This document shows, piece after piece, positions 47,984 to 58,523 of a DNA stretch of 64,000 bases. The stretch comes from a candidate division WWE3 bacterium (GTDB taxonomy: Bacteria > Patescibacteriota > WWE3 > UBA101185 > UBA10185). A program made the translations under genes and the position numbers. A model generated the notes under the pieces. That model did no database searches and had not been told where the DNA came from. It was given only the letters and a program-made list of their open reading frames with translations. The stretch is from the NCBI GenBank assembly GCA_012798115.1, contig JAAZNV010000006.1:19232-83231 (forward strand), written 5' to 3'. Every line of letters begins with the position of its first letter. Within the stretch, counting starts at the first letter, position 1.

Positions 47984-49540
47984 ATGGAATTAATAGAAAT
48001 AGCCTTTGTTGGCGTTATTGTTTTGTTAGGTGGACTAGGTGCTTATGTCATAGTTTCTAGAAAAAAGCCCACATCTAAAGAAAAGTCTAACAGTGTATCT
48101 AACTCATTAAATGAGTTAAACCCTGCTGTTGAGAAAGATTCTCAAGTTATTGAAGCTAAAGCTAAAGCTAGAGAAATAATTGTTGAAGCAAAGTCTTTGG
48201 CTTTAAACATTCAATCCAAAGCTCAAGAACAAGCAAGACAGATAAAAGAAGAAGCCATTGAATCAGAAAGAAAAGCAAATATTCTTAAAGCTCAAGTTGA
48301 TGCTAGAGCTAAGGAGCTTGAAAGCAAGGCAAAAAGCCTTGCATCAATAAAAGAAGTATTAGAAAAGAAGCAAGATGAAATTGAAAACTTTCATAGGAAA
48401 AAGCAAGAAGAGCTAGAAAAGATATCAATGCTTTCAAAAGAAGAAGCTAAAGAATTGTTGTTAAAAAGCTTAGATAAAGATTTAGCAGAAGAAAAAGGTA
48501 AAAGAATAAAAGAAAAAGAAGAAGAAATTAGAAAAGAATCTCATGAAATGGCAAAACAAATACTTATGGAAGCCTTAGAGTTTGGTTCTACAGATATTGT
48601 TATTGAACATTCTACGTCTAAAGTTAAACTTCCTGATGAAGAATTAAAAGGAAGAATAATTGGAAAAGAAGGAAGAAATATCAGAACCTTTGAAGAATTA
48701 ACTGGAGTTGATTTGGATCTGGACTCATCACCCGGGGATATTATTGTTTCTTGCTTTGATTCTGTAAGAAGAGCTGTAGCTACAGCTGCACTTGAAAGGC
48801 TTGTTGCAGATGGAAGAATACAACCTGCAAGGATAGAAGAAATTGTTGAACAAACTCAAAAAGAAATGGATAACATCATGTATAAAGCAGGAGATAGTCT
48901 TTGTCATAAAATTGGTTTGTATAATGTCTCAAAAGAACTTATTCAAACTCTTGGAAGGTTTAAGTATAGATTTTCTTATGGTCAAAATATGCTTGAGCAT
49001 ACAATGGAAACTGCAAGGATTGGTGTTTATATTGCTGAAGAGTTAGGAGCTGATGTAGATACTGTAAAAATGGCTTGTGTGTTTCATGATATAGGTAAAG
49101 TTTTAACTGATAAGGATGGTTCACATGTTGAGCTTGGGGTTGAGTATTTAAATAAGTTTAAAGTTCCAAGTGAAGTTGTTAAATGTATAGCAGAACATCA
49201 TGATGATAAATTTAGTTCCATTGAGTCAGCTATTGTTGCTCTTGCAGATCATGTAAGTGGAGCAAGACCTGGATCAAGAGGTGAAGATTACGAATCTTAT
49301 ATCAAAAGACTTAAAGATTTAGAAGATGCTGCATTATCTCAAGATGGTGTAGAAAAAGCTTATGCAGTATCTGCTGGGAGAGAATTGAGGGTTTTTGTTA
49401 AGCCTGAAAAAGTAGATGATTACTCAACAGCTCTATTAGCAAAAGAAATTGCTAGGAAGATAGAGCTTGAACAAAACTACCCAGGTGTAGTAAAAGTAAT
49501 AGTAATAAGAGAAACTAGAGTTTCTGAGACTGCTAAGTAA
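47984..49540 (+). CDS. rny: Ribonuclease Y.
   Basis: N-terminal TM, long coiled coil, KH domain (IIGKEGRNIRTFE), HD domain (HTMETARIG...FHDIGK). Confidence 0.9.
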   Translation: MELIEIAFVGVIVLLGGLGAYVIVSRKKPTSKEKSNSVSNSLNELNPAVEKDSQVIEAKAKAREIIVEAKSLALNIQSKAQEQARQIKEEAIESERKANILKAQVDARAKELESKAKSLASIKEVLEKKQDEIENFHRKKQEELEKISMLSKEEAKELLLKSLDKDLAEEKGKRIKEKEEEIRKESHEMAKQILMEALEFGSTDIVIEHSTSKVKLPDEELKGRIIGKEGRNIRTFEELTGVDLDLDSSPGDIIVSCFDSVRRAVATAALERLVADGRIQPARIEEIVEQTQKEMDNIMYKAGDSLCHKIGLYNVSKELIQTLGRFKYRFSYGQNMLEHTMETARIGVYIAEELGADVDTVKMACVFHDIGKVLTDKDGSHVELGVEYLNKFKVPSEVVKCIAEHHDDKFSSIESAIVALADHVSGARPGSRGEDYESYIKRLKDLEDAALSQDGVEKAYAVSAGRELRVFVKPEKVDDYSTALLAKEIARKIELEQNYPGVVKVIVIRETRVSETAK

Positions 49541-49583
49541 ACAAGTATACTAATGGTATTAATTTAAACTAGGAGGTGCATAT

Positions 49584-49793
49584 ATGTACTATGTGTTGGT
49601 AACTATATTAGGCCTTCTTATATTTGTTTTGTTTCTTAAAGCTTTAGGATCAGTTTTGAAAAGTATATTTACTATGCTTTTTGTCGTTGCAGGTATATCT
49701 GCTATTGTCATTATGGTTAAGTCTTTGACTAATCCTGTTACTGTTTTTGGGGTATATAAAGTAGATAATTTAGTAATTACAAAAATTAAGTAA
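49584..49793 (+). CDS. Small two-TM membrane protein (69 aa).
   Basis: Good RBS (AGGAGG) and hydrophobic translation. Confidence 0.45.
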   Translation: MYYVLVTILGLLIFVLFLKALGSVLKSIFTMLFVVAGISAIVIMVKSLTNPVTVFGVYKVDNLVITKIK

Positions 49794-49808
49794 AAGGTAA
49801 AGCTTGTT

Positions 49809-50588
49809 ATGAAAATATTATTTGTAGGAGAAATAGTTGCAAAACCTGGAAGAGAAATAGTATCTAAGTTCTTACCGGGGATTATTAAGACTAATAAAGT
49901 TGATCTTGTGTTTGCAAATGCTGAAAATTTGTCTGGAGGCAGGGGGGTTACTGAAGAAAAGTTAGATCAAATGAAACTTGTAGGAGTTGATTATTTTACA
50001 AGTGGAGAGCATATATTTTGGGAAAAAGGAACAGAAGATATTATTGATAAACTCCCAATACTAAGGCCAGCTAATTACCCGTTGGGCACTCCTGGTGAAG
50101 GTTATAAGATTATTGATGCAGGGGAGAATGGTCAAGTACTTTTAATTAATCTTATGGGAGTTACTTCCTATAGTGGAAAGAATGCATTCTTAGATAATCC
50201 TTTTGCAAAGGTAGATGAAATTCTAGAAGAAACAAAAGACCAAGAATTTGTTGCAAAGATTGTTGATTTTCATGCTGAAGCAACTAGTGAAAAGTATTCC
50301 CTAGGGTTTTATTTAGATGGAAGGGTTGATGCAGTTGTTGGTACTCATACTCATGTTCCAACTTGTGATAACTATGTTTTACCTAAAGGAACTTTGTATG
50401 TAACTGATGTTGGAATGTGTGGTGCAGTAGATTCTTCATTGGGTGTTAAGGCCGATATTACAATAAAAATGTTTAAAACCGCGATGAATCAACGTTTTGA
50501 GTGGGAAAGTGCTGGTAGAAAGGCTTTTCGCAGTGTATTATTAGATCTAGAGGCAAAATCAATCGTTAGGATTGATAATATGATATAA
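49809..50588 (+). CDS. ymdB: YmdB-like metallophosphoesterase (TIGR00282 family).
   Basis: MKILFVGEIVAKPGRE ... ANAENLSGGRG; the rny-ymdB order is conserved as in Bacillus. Confidence 0.85.
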   Translation: MKILFVGEIVAKPGREIVSKFLPGIIKTNKVDLVFANAENLSGGRGVTEEKLDQMKLVGVDYFTSGEHIFWEKGTEDIIDKLPILRPANYPLGTPGEGYKIIDAGENGQVLLINLMGVTSYSGKNAFLDNPFAKVDEILEETKDQEFVAKIVDFHAEATSEKYSLGFYLDGRVDAVVGTHTHVPTCDNYVLPKGTLYVTDVGMCGAVDSSLGVKADITIKMFKTAMNQRFEWESAGRKAFRSVLLDLEAKSIVRIDNMI

Positions 50589-50628
50589 ATAAGTTGCCTA
50601 CCTGGGCAGCAATTTCTTTTGAGAGGGG

Positions 50629-50913
50629 GTGTTATTAAAAATGGTAAAAACAGATTTAATTGCTAAAGTTGCAGACATGGCTGGAATGACTAAAGTTGAT
50701 GCAAATAAAGCTATTGATGCAATTGCAGAATCAATTCAAGCTTCTCTTGCAAAAGGTGAGAAAGTAACTTGGACAGGATTTGGTACATTTGAAGTGAGAA
50801 ACAGAGCAGCAAGAATGGGAAGAAATCCTCAAACTGGAGCACCCCTTCATATTCCAGCAAGCAAGACTCCTGCATTCAAGTCAGGAAAGAGTTTGAAGGA
50901 TGCTGTAAAGTAA
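50629..50913 (+). CDS. hup: HU family DNA-binding protein.
   Basis: [11 protein letters not shown]...[21 protein letters not shown]... Confidence 0.9.
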   Translation: MLLKMVKTDLIAKVADMAGMTKVDANKAIDAIAESIQASLAKGEKVTWTGFGTFEVRNRAARMGRNPQTGAPLHIPASKTPAFKSGKSLKDAVK

Positions 50914-50927
50914 GAGATTTGAGAATT

Positions 50928-50941
50928 GTACAATATTGTAC
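50928..50941. promoter_or_regulatory. Perfect 14-bp palindrome GTACAATATTGTAC between hup and the J-domain gene (candidate operator).
   Basis: Seen in the sequence; no known regulator assigned. Confidence 0.25.
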
Positions 50942-50947
50942 GATATA

Positions 50948-50982
50948 GATCCTCGGGTGATACCGGGGATCTTTGTATTTTC
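50948..50982 (+). terminator. Rho-independent terminator after hup (GATCCTCGG-gtgata-CCGGGGATC then TTTGTATTTT).
   Basis: Seen in the sequence. Confidence 0.6.
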
Positions 50983-51017
50983 CACTTCTTGTTTACAAGT
51001 GCTAAAATATCTTTCGT

Positions 51018-51926
51018 ATGGCAACAACAAAAGATTATTATGAAATACTTGGTGTTCAAAGAAATGCTTCGTCTGAAGATATAAAGAAAGCATATAGGAA
51101 ATTAGCTAGGGAGCATCATCCTGATATGGTCAAGGAAAGTGATAAAGCTGCAGCTGAAAAAAGATTTAAAGAAATAAATGAAGCATATCAAGTTTTAAGT
51201 GATCCTCAGAAGAGAAAAATGTATGATCAGTTTGGTCAAACTGGTGAAGGTTTTGCTGGGGCACAAGGTGGTCAATGGGGTCCTTTTACTTATACTTATT
51301 CAAGTTCAGGTGATAATCCTTTCAGTAGTTCTGATTTTGATCCTTTTGATATATTTGAAGATTTCTTTGGATTTAGAGGATTTTCATCTAGAAGACCAAA
51401 AAGAGGAAAGAATCTTTATTATGAGATGAGGATTGAATTTAAAGATGCTGTATTTGGTGTAGAGAGAGATATAAATGTTGAAAGTGGAAAGGTAAAGGTA
51501 AAAATACCTGCAGGTATGAGGGATGGCATGGAAGTTAAGTTTTCTGGAAAAGGAATGCCAGGGCCAGATGGAGCACCGTCTGGAGATTTATACATAACAG
51601 TAAGATTAAGAGATGTTCCTAATTTTGTGATTATGGGAGATGATGTCTTGGTTTCAAAAGAAATTGATATGGTTGAAGCAGCATTGGGTATTGTTGTTGA
51701 TGTTCCAGTTGTTGATTTATCTGATAAAGATGGTGTTGGAAAAACAAAATTAAAGATCCCAGGAGGGACACAATATGGATCTAGGTTTTTAATAAGGAAT
51801 AAAGGAATGCCTAAGCTTCATGGAAGAGGACAAGGTAATGTTATTGTTCAAGTTTTAGTTAAAATACCTCAAAGATTAAATAGGAAGCAAAGAGATTTAT
51901 TAGAAAAGTTGTTAGAAGAAAGATAG
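51018..51926 (+). CDS. J-domain co-chaperone, class B DnaJ/CbpA-like (no zinc-finger CxxCxGxG repeats).
   Basis: DYYEILGV...HPD J domain, G/F-rich linker, C-terminal substrate-binding domains; no Cys-rich repeats. Confidence 0.8.
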   Translation: MATTKDYYEILGVQRNASSEDIKKAYRKLAREHHPDMVKESDKAAAEKRFKEINEAYQVLSDPQKRKMYDQFGQTGEGFAGAQGGQWGPFTYTYSSSGDNPFSSSDFDPFDIFEDFFGFRGFSSRRPKRGKNLYYEMRIEFKDAVFGVERDINVESGKVKVKIPAGMRDGMEVKFSGKGMPGPDGAPSGDLYITVRLRDVPNFVIMGDDVLVSKEIDMVEAALGIVVDVPVVDLSDKDGVGKTKLKIPGGTQYGSRFLIRNKGMPKLHGRGQGNVIVQVLVKIPQRLNRKQRDLLEKLLEER

Positions 51927-51968
51927 TTTAGCTAGAGAAGATATCTAAAGTTAAGCTATGTTTTGTTA

Positions 51969-52787
51969 TTATTTCTTCCATCCACACTTGCTAATGGTTT
52001 CTATACACCCACATGTGTAGCCAAGGTTAGATGGGAAGTTTTCAACGATATCACATGTAGTTATGGCATCTTCATACTTTTCTGGTTCATTTGTACACAT
52101 TCCATGTCCACCTCCACAACCTTCTCCTGCCCAAATGCATTCTGAGTCGGTTGTACAAGTTCCTTCAGAGTATTCAATAGTATAAGCTGGAAGTTCTGTG
52201 TCTTCTGGTTTGTACCATTTTGCACTTCTTGTTCCTTCACCGGAATGAATCCAATTATCTGGAGTTCCAGGTTTCTTTTGATCAAGACTTCCCCAATACC
52301 ACCCTTGTGTTAGTTCTTGTTCAGTTATGTTTGATGTAGTGTCTTCAACTTCTTGTGATGCTTGTGATCTAAAGTATTCCCATTCTTCGTATTCTTCTTC
52401 ATTAATTTTGCATACTCCATATTGGTCCCCTGTTTCTTCATTTGTTTTTATTTCAATTGTTCCACCCATGCATACGCAAAAAGAAGATGCAGGGTTGGTC
52501 ATGCATACTTGACCTTCTTCACATTCAACGTTTGTAACTTGATCATAACATTCTTCAATTTTTAATATGTCAGAGGTTGTGGAATCATATACCATTTCAG
52601 GTGTATACCAATTGTTGTTTTGTTCTTTGGTTGTTTTGTATTCAAGATATGCATACGATAAAACAATTATTGTTATAGAAGTGATGAGGCTAATTTTTAA
52701 CCACTTAGGTATGTTTTTTAAAGGTGTAAGGAAATGTTTTTGTAGTTTTGTTTTTATTTGTTTATCTTGTTTAAGTCTTTCTTCCAT
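51969..52787 (-). CDS. Membrane-anchored Cys-rich secreted protein with a DUF333-like (putative hemolysin) module plus a C-terminal Cys-rich domain.
   Basis: ...NPASSFCVCMGGTIEIKTNEETGDQYGVCKINEEEYEEWEYFR resembles DUF333; C-terminal CTTDSECIWAGEGCGGGHGMC...CGCIETISKCGWKK. Confidence 0.45.
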   Translation of the reverse strand: MEERLKQDKQIKTKLQKHFLTPLKNIPKWLKISLITSITIIVLSYAYLEYKTTKEQNNNWYTPEMVYDSTTSDILKIEECYDQVTNVECEEGQVCMTNPASSFCVCMGGTIEIKTNEETGDQYGVCKINEEEYEEWEYFRSQASQEVEDTTSNITEQELTQGWYWGSLDQKKPGTPDNWIHSGEGTRSAKWYKPEDTELPAYTIEYSEGTCTTDSECIWAGEGCGGGHGMCTNEPEKYEDAITTCDIVENFPSNLGYTCGCIETISKCGWKK

Positions 52788-52859
52788 ATAAGTACATGGT
52801 AGTGTATCTATTGTTAATGGTCAAATAAGTTAAGAGTTAATGTAGTACTTGATTGGAAT

Positions 52860-53252
52860 TTATTGTTTGCAGTCTTGAGGACAGTTGCAATGATCTTCAT
52901 ATTGTGTATCACAAATGTTGTTTCCACATGGACTACAAATGTAGTTAAGTGTTCCTATGTTTTTACCACATATGTTTGAGTTTTCTATGTTTATGGTTTG
53001 TTTTCTTTCAATTTTTTTAAGTTCTAGGCAACAATCTTTTGTTTTTATGTTGGGATTTACTTTCCCAGTAGTCATATCTAAGTTACTAATGGGAGATTCT
53101 CCAGCTTTTGCACAATGTTCTTGAGTTGGTTGATCTTTTCTTAAATTGTTGCTGTAATAAATGTTAATAATTCCAAATGTTATTGAGATAATACAAGCTA
53201 TTGCAAGAATTATTCTTAAGATAGAAGATGTATCCCATTTGTTAGATTTCAT
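52860..53252 (-). CDS. Small membrane-anchored Cys-rich protein (130 aa).
   Basis: TM then ...DCCLELKK...NICGKNIGTLNYICSPCGNNICDTQYEDHCNCPQDCKQ. Confidence 0.45.
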   Translation of the reverse strand: MKSNKWDTSSILRIILAIACIISITFGIINIYYSNNLRKDQPTQEHCAKAGESPISNLDMTTGKVNPNIKTKDCCLELKKIERKQTINIENSNICGKNIGTLNYICSPCGNNICDTQYEDHCNCPQDCKQ

Positions 53253-53351
53253 AGTTTAATCATAACAAACATGGTTCTTTAAGACTAATTTAAAGTAGAT
53301 AAGATAAAAAGAAAACCCAGATTTGCTTTTAGCATTTCTGGGTTTTAGTTT

Positions 53352-54167
53352 TTATTCTGTTTCTTCCATCCACAACTGCATACAGGAAACTTCACCATTT
53401 TTATTTACGCCATATCCATACTCATCACCATTAGGTAGTGTGTAGACAACGCACTGTTCTTCGTTGAATGCTTTAGCATCTATGTGAGTAAAACCATTGT
53501 CTTGCTCCATACAGTAATCCCCTTGATAGTTTCCTGTTACTCCCCCAATGTTTGTTAGAGAAACTGTTGAGTCTGGGTAGATACTAATGCCTATTTTGGG
53601 ATCGGGCTCAATGTGTAATAAACCTTGGTTGAGTTGGTTTATGTCTGCTGTCGATGAATACATAAGGAAGCTATTTGTTGTTGGTGAAAACATAAGGGTG
53701 TAGGCTGTATCGTAGCTTGGCGGGTCTTTATAGAGATCTATGTATAATATGGCTCCTTCTGTCATGGTTATTTTTGCACCGTTTATGGAAAAATATACCA
53801 ATCCATCTATTACTTGAGGGTTGGTAATCTCCATTGTTACTCCCATTTTATTGATCTTCCAAGATGAATCATCGTGTGTGACATGACGAGATATTATTGT
53901 TCCACCCTGCACATTGTAGCCATACCAATCATAATAACCAACGTTTTCAAACTTTGGTATCCTCTCGCAATTCTCAAAATCTTCTGCCTTCTTTGGCGTT
54001 GGTGTGATAGTTGGTGTTATCTCTGGAACAGTTGTTGGTGTAGTTGAAACTTGGACTTCTACTTCTGGAGTGATGACATTGGTATTTGCAGACTCTTCTT
54101 GTTTTTGACTGCACGAGGTAGCAATGACAAGAAGAAGTACTGCCAGTAAAATTGTTTTCTTTTTCAT
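53352..54167 (-). CDS. Lipoprotein with a Thr/Pro-rich linker.
   Basis: Lipobox LLLVIATSC|S, TP-rich spacer, then a globular domain. Confidence 0.55.
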   Translation of the reverse strand: MKKKTILLAVLLLVIATSCSQKQEESANTNVITPEVEVQVSTTPTTVPEITPTITPTPKKAEDFENCERIPKFENVGYYDWYGYNVQGGTIISRHVTHDDSSWKINKMGVTMEITNPQVIDGLVYFSINGAKITMTEGAILYIDLYKDPPSYDTAYTLMFSPTTNSFLMYSSTADINQLNQGLLHIEPDPKIGISIYPDSTVSLTNIGGVTGNYQGDYCMEQDNGFTHIDAKAFNEEQCVVYTLPNGDEYGYGVNKNGEVSCMQLWMEETE

Positions 54168-54477
54168 TTTTTCCTCGTTTTGTTTTAGTTTTCAAAGTTC
54201 AGCCTATTTAAAGCTGTGCTTGAATTATACAACCCTTTATTTTCCACGTCAATACTATAGGTAACATTGAGTTTAACAGCTCGACAACAACTTTCCCTTG
54301 CAAACACAAAGAGCAGATGTCAAACTGAAATTATCTTACAAGTTTCAGAAAGAACATCGGCTATGTCTTATGCTAGCAATCCCACATTAGGAAGACAAGA
54401 AGATTAGCCGTGAACGGTGTACTTAGATAAAGGAGACTTTATGAAAGGTATATTTTACTATTCTTTACTTACGTAGA

Positions 54478-55455
54478 TTAATTAAGAATCTTTAATAAGT
54501 TCTTGCTAGTATCAATCTCAGCCTCTCCACCTAAGGGTATAGTAAATAAAGGATCAGTATGTCCAAAATCTAAGTTATAAATAATAGGTATGTTTACATC
54601 TTTAAATACATCTTTGTAGACTTCTTCTTCCGGATCTTTTTCAGAGAATCCTGTTTGGGACATGAACCTACCTATGCAAATACCTTTTAGGCTGTTTAAG
54701 TCGGTTATTTGTGATAAATGTGTAAAAAATCTATGCACCATTTGAGTATCTGTACTTTCATCTTCTTCAATAAATAAAACTTTCTTTTTCATATCTGGAA
54801 AGTATCTAGTTCCTGCAAGTACAAGTAGAGTTTGAAGGTTTGAAGCTAGTATCTGTCCTTTTGCTTTTCCTTGTTTGAATATTTTTCTACCTGGATTTTC
54901 TTTCTTTACTCTTTTCGTAGGGTCTGGATTTAAGAAATAGAGATCATCAGCGTACTGGCTAGAATCTTCAATAATAATCTCTGGCTCATGATCAATAACA
55001 GTTTTTTTAAAATAGTCATAAGAGTACCCAAAAGGTTCTGGTTTATCAAATGTAATTCCTGCAGGTCCCATATAGGTTTTAATTTGTGAAAGTTTATTTA
55101 CTGCAAGTAACAACGCAGACGTATCCGAAAACCCAATTATAGGTTTTGCATACTTCTTAAATAGTTCATAGTTAAGATAGGGTAGTAATTGATTTGTGTT
55201 TGCTCCGCCCCAGTAAGCCATAAGAATATCAATATTGGGGTCTGATACCATGGCATGTAAGTCATTAACTCTTTCCTCCACCGACCCTGCACTATGATAA
55301 GTTCTCTTTCTTAAAGAGACACTCTCAGTTATCTTCAAACCTTTAGATTTTAAGTAAGAAAAGTCGTTTTCCTTTTTATCTCTTCCTAAAGGGCTGGAAG
55401 TTGCAAATATTCCTATGGTTAGTGTTTTATCCATGCTACTCATTATATCATTCAC
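54478..55455 (-). CDS. LD-carboxypeptidase (peptidase S66, LdcA/MccF-like).
   Basis: Nucleophile motif GFSDTSALLLAV and overall S66 organisation. Confidence 0.8.
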   Translation of the reverse strand: MNDIMSSMDKTLTIGIFATSSPLGRDKKENDFSYLKSKGLKITESVSLRKRTYHSAGSVEERVNDLHAMVSDPNIDILMAYWGGANTNQLLPYLNYELFKKYAKPIIGFSDTSALLLAVNKLSQIKTYMGPAGITFDKPEPFGYSYDYFKKTVIDHEPEIIIEDSSQYADDLYFLNPDPTKRVKKENPGRKIFKQGKAKGQILASNLQTLLVLAGTRYFPDMKKKVLFIEEDESTDTQMVHRFFTHLSQITDLNSLKGICIGRFMSQTGFSEKDPEEEVYKDVFKDVNIPIIYNLDFGHTDPLFTIPLGGEAEIDTSKNLLKILN

Positions 55456-56216
55456 TAAATTTTAGTCTTTGTACAATATCCATTTTTAGCAATATTATTG
55501 AAGATAGAACTACGTATTGCTATCATAAGATTATGGATCTGCCTATTGATTCTTTACAAGATAAGGAGTTAAGCTCAGAAGTGAATAATAAATCTTCCTC
55601 TAAGAAAACCTTAATTATTCTGTTTACCTTTTTGTCTTTAGTGCTCGTATTATTTGGTATTCTCTATGGTGTTAATACGGGTGTCTTTAATTCTATACTT
55701 AAGATAAAAACTGATGAGAATAAAGAAGATTTAAGTGTAATAAAAAATACTGTTGATGGCAAAGACACAGCTTTTGGAAGTTTAGTCAATAAAAGTGAGG
55801 TTCTAACTCAAGAAATATCAGCAAATGATTTTCTAACTTTTAAGGAAAAGATGCTTTCTGGGATAAGCGATGAACTTTGGAATTGGAAGGATGATTTTGC
55901 TCACGTCAATGTTTACGAGATGAATAAAGGGGAAGGTATTATTTATGTGGGTTTTTTGATTCCTGGTGATAGTAGATTTAGTGGAAGTGATAATATCAAA
56001 GAACATTCTGCTGTTAAGGTGTCTTGTTTAGATGAATTTACACTTGTTGTTGATCCATCAAGCTTAGAAGTTACCAAAACTGGGGTAAATTTATTTGATA
56101 ATCTTATACCTGGAAAGGACTCACTTCTTTTTAAATGTTCCGATGAAAAGTGTAGAGAAACAAGAAAGGAGTGTCTCATATTAAAAGATGCAAATACAAA
56201 TACCAATACTGAGTAA
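55401..56216 (+). CDS. Membrane-anchored hypothetical protein (likely start is the internal MDLPID near 55533).
   Basis: TM ([21 protein letters not shown]) then a Cys-containing domain. Confidence 0.4.
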   Translation: MQIFLWLVFYPCYSLYHSLNFSLCTISIFSNIIEDRTTYCYHKIMDLPIDSLQDKELSSEVNNKSSSKKTLIILFTFLSLVLVLFGILYGVNTGVFNSILKIKTDENKEDLSVIKNTVDGKDTAFGSLVNKSEVLTQEISANDFLTFKEKMLSGISDELWNWKDDFAHVNVYEMNKGEGIIYVGFLIPGDSRFSGSDNIKEHSAVKVSCLDEFTLVVDPSSLEVTKTGVNLFDNLIPGKDSLLFKCSDEKCRETRKECLILKDANTNTNTE

Positions 56217-58386
56217 CTTTCGTATTAAATATGTGCTATATGCTATAGCTCTTCTTTTTGTTATTTGTTTTCCTTTAAAACACTCTTTTGCTTGTAGCAC
56301 TTGCCCATCTGGGTGGAAAGATGGTGGAGATGTTTGTTACACAGGTGAGGGGTGTCCCTCTTGGGTGTGTAGATGGTGGGGGTGTGTGAATTGGAAGTGT
56401 GGTAGGTGTAAATATGCTGCTGGTGGTTGTGAGGCTTGGACTGGAGGCGTTTGTACAAAATGGTGTTGGAGGAACTACTCCCCTTATGGATACTACTGTT
56501 GTGGTCCTCGTACGCCACGAGAGTGTATAAGATGGGCTGAGGATTGTACTAAGTGTGGTTCTGATTGTGTTGCTAATGGGTGGATAACAGGTAATTGTGA
56601 GGGGAGTTGCTTCCTATGTCCTTGTACTCCAGTAAATGGAGGATGGTCAGCATGGAGTACATGTTCTAAAACATGTGGAGGAGGAACTCAAACAAGAACA
56701 TGTACTAATCCTTCTCCATCATGTGGAGGATCATCATGTTCTGGAGCATCATCTCAAGCTTGTAATACTCAAGCATGTGATGTTTTACCAATTGGTGCTC
56801 ATGATTCTTCAAATTGTAGTTGTTCTGGTCAAGTTACAGCAAGTGGATGGGCTTGTGATCAAAACAACTGGTCATCTGATTTAAATATAGACTTCTATAG
56901 AGATGGAACATCATCAACAGGAATATTTATTGGTTCAACCATTGCAAGCAGTTCAAGACCAGACTTAGGAAGTGGCTGTGGTGGAGATATAAACCATGGA
57001 TTTAAATTTACATCATCTTCTCAACCTACTGGATCTCATTCAATTTATGCTTATGCTACAGATGTACCTCTTGGCACCAAAAGCTTGCTTGCAAACTCTC
57101 CAAAGTCAATTACTTGTGGATTAACATACACACTAAAGATAAACATTAAAGATGCTTCAAATGGTTGCAGCAGTCTTGGAGAAGGAATTGAAGGAGCAAA
57201 AGTTTATGTATATAAATCAATTGGAGGAATAGCAGGAGATCCAATTACTGGCTCTCCAGCTACATCCAACTCAAATGGAGTTGCAACATTTGAAAATGTT
57301 TCAGTTTTGGATAAAAGCTTTATCATTTCAGTATCCAAGTCAACAGGAGGATCAAACCCAATATATTACCAGCTAACTTGTCCAACACTTTCACTATACA
57401 AGATAACTTTTGATCCTTCTCCTACTGCTTGTTCTACTCAAACTATTAATCTTGGAATAAAACAAATTAAGAAAGATCCATGGTTAACAGTAATAGATGG
57501 AGATATCTTTTCATCAAATGTATCTGTTGTTGTTCCTCAAGGAGAAGGATCAGGTGATTTTTCCTTATCTCTTGTTAATTCAAAAGACAAAGTAACTGGA
57601 GGATATATATTTACCAAAGGATATATATCAACAAATGACAACTCTTTGTATGAGCCCAGTCTTGGAGGAAAAATCTTTGATATATCTCAAAGATCAAGCT
57701 TAAATCATGATGATATATCTTTAATGAACCTATCAAAAAGAAGCTTTTCTCCTCCAACTCATGATATGGTTGTAGAAACATCAAGCATATCATCATTTGA
57801 AGCTGGAAAGGTATACAAGATATCAGTTTTGGATTTTAACAATAAAATCTCATCTTCTCCAGTTGTCTATACAGTATCTTCATCATCTGAAGAAGAGTTA
57901 TCTTCAAAAGGAGTATCAACTGCAATACTATACATAACAAGTGATAATAATGATACTGATATAGTCTTTAAAAACTCATATACATCATCAAACAACAACT
58001 CAAGGTTAATAATAGTTACAGATTTAAATGTTGTAGTATCATCAAATGTTGGGTTTTCTAACATATCAACATACACCATAAACTCTTTACCATTAATTCA
58101 AGCTGCAATAATATCTTCAAAAGATATATCTTTTGAATCCAAAGGTACTTCTCCTGCATCAGATATTCCTATCATGGTAACAGGACCTTTGATTACCTCA
58201 TCAAATATATTACGAGGAAGAAACATTGGGTCATTAAATGGGTATTATCCTTCCTTAGCAGTATCTTTTTATCCTAAATATCTTTATGATATTGCAGTTA
58301 TAGAAAGATACATGTCAAAGACATATGATATAAGATCATATACAGGAATATCTTCTTATGATCTTCAATTTGATTATCAACCTTAG
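56188..58386 (+). CDS. Secreted Cys-rich protein with a thrombospondin type-1-like repeat and a long Ser/Thr-rich C-terminal region.
   Basis: Signal peptide, then about 28 Cys in 190 aa, including [21 protein letters not shown], which matches the TSP1 consensus WSxWSxCSxTCGxGxxxRxRxC. Confidence 0.6.
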   Translation: MQIQIPILSNFRIKYVLYAIALLFVICFPLKHSFACSTCPSGWKDGGDVCYTGEGCPSWVCRWWGCVNWKCGRCKYAAGGCEAWTGGVCTKWCWRNYSPYGYYCCGPRTPRECIRWAEDCTKCGSDCVANGWITGNCEGSCFLCPCTPVNGGWSAWSTCSKTCGGGTQTRTCTNPSPSCGGSSCSGASSQACNTQACDVLPIGAHDSSNCSCSGQVTASGWACDQNNWSSDLNIDFYRDGTSSTGIFIGSTIASSSRPDLGSGCGGDINHGFKFTSSSQPTGSHSIYAYATDVPLGTKSLLANSPKSITCGLTYTLKINIKDASNGCSSLGEGIEGAKVYVYKSIGGIAGDPITGSPATSNSNGVATFENVSVLDKSFIISVSKSTGGSNPIYYQLTCPTLSLYKITFDPSPTACSTQTINLGIKQIKKDPWLTVIDGDIFSSNVSVVVPQGEGSGDFSLSLVNSKDKVTGGYIFTKGYISTNDNSLYEPSLGGKIFDISQRSSLNHDDISLMNLSKRSFSPPTHDMVVETSSISSFEAGKVYKISVLDFNNKISSSPVVYTVSSSSEEELSSKGVSTAILYITSDNNDTDIVFKNSYTSSNNNSRLIIVTDLNVVVSSNVGFSNISTYTINSLPLIQAAIISSKDISFESKGTSPASDIPIMVTGPLITSSNILRGRNIGSLNGYYPSLAVSFYPKYLYDIAVIERYMSKTYDIRSYTGISSYDLQFDYQP

Positions 58387-58523
58387 GTCTTAAGCCAACG
58401 CTTATTTGACCTCCTTATCTCTATGCTATAATATCAATAGTTGTAAGAATACAATTGAAGTAGTAAAGTAATAAAGTTGTTACAAGTGGGAAAACCCACT
58501 TTTTTTAATAAAAGGAGCATAAA

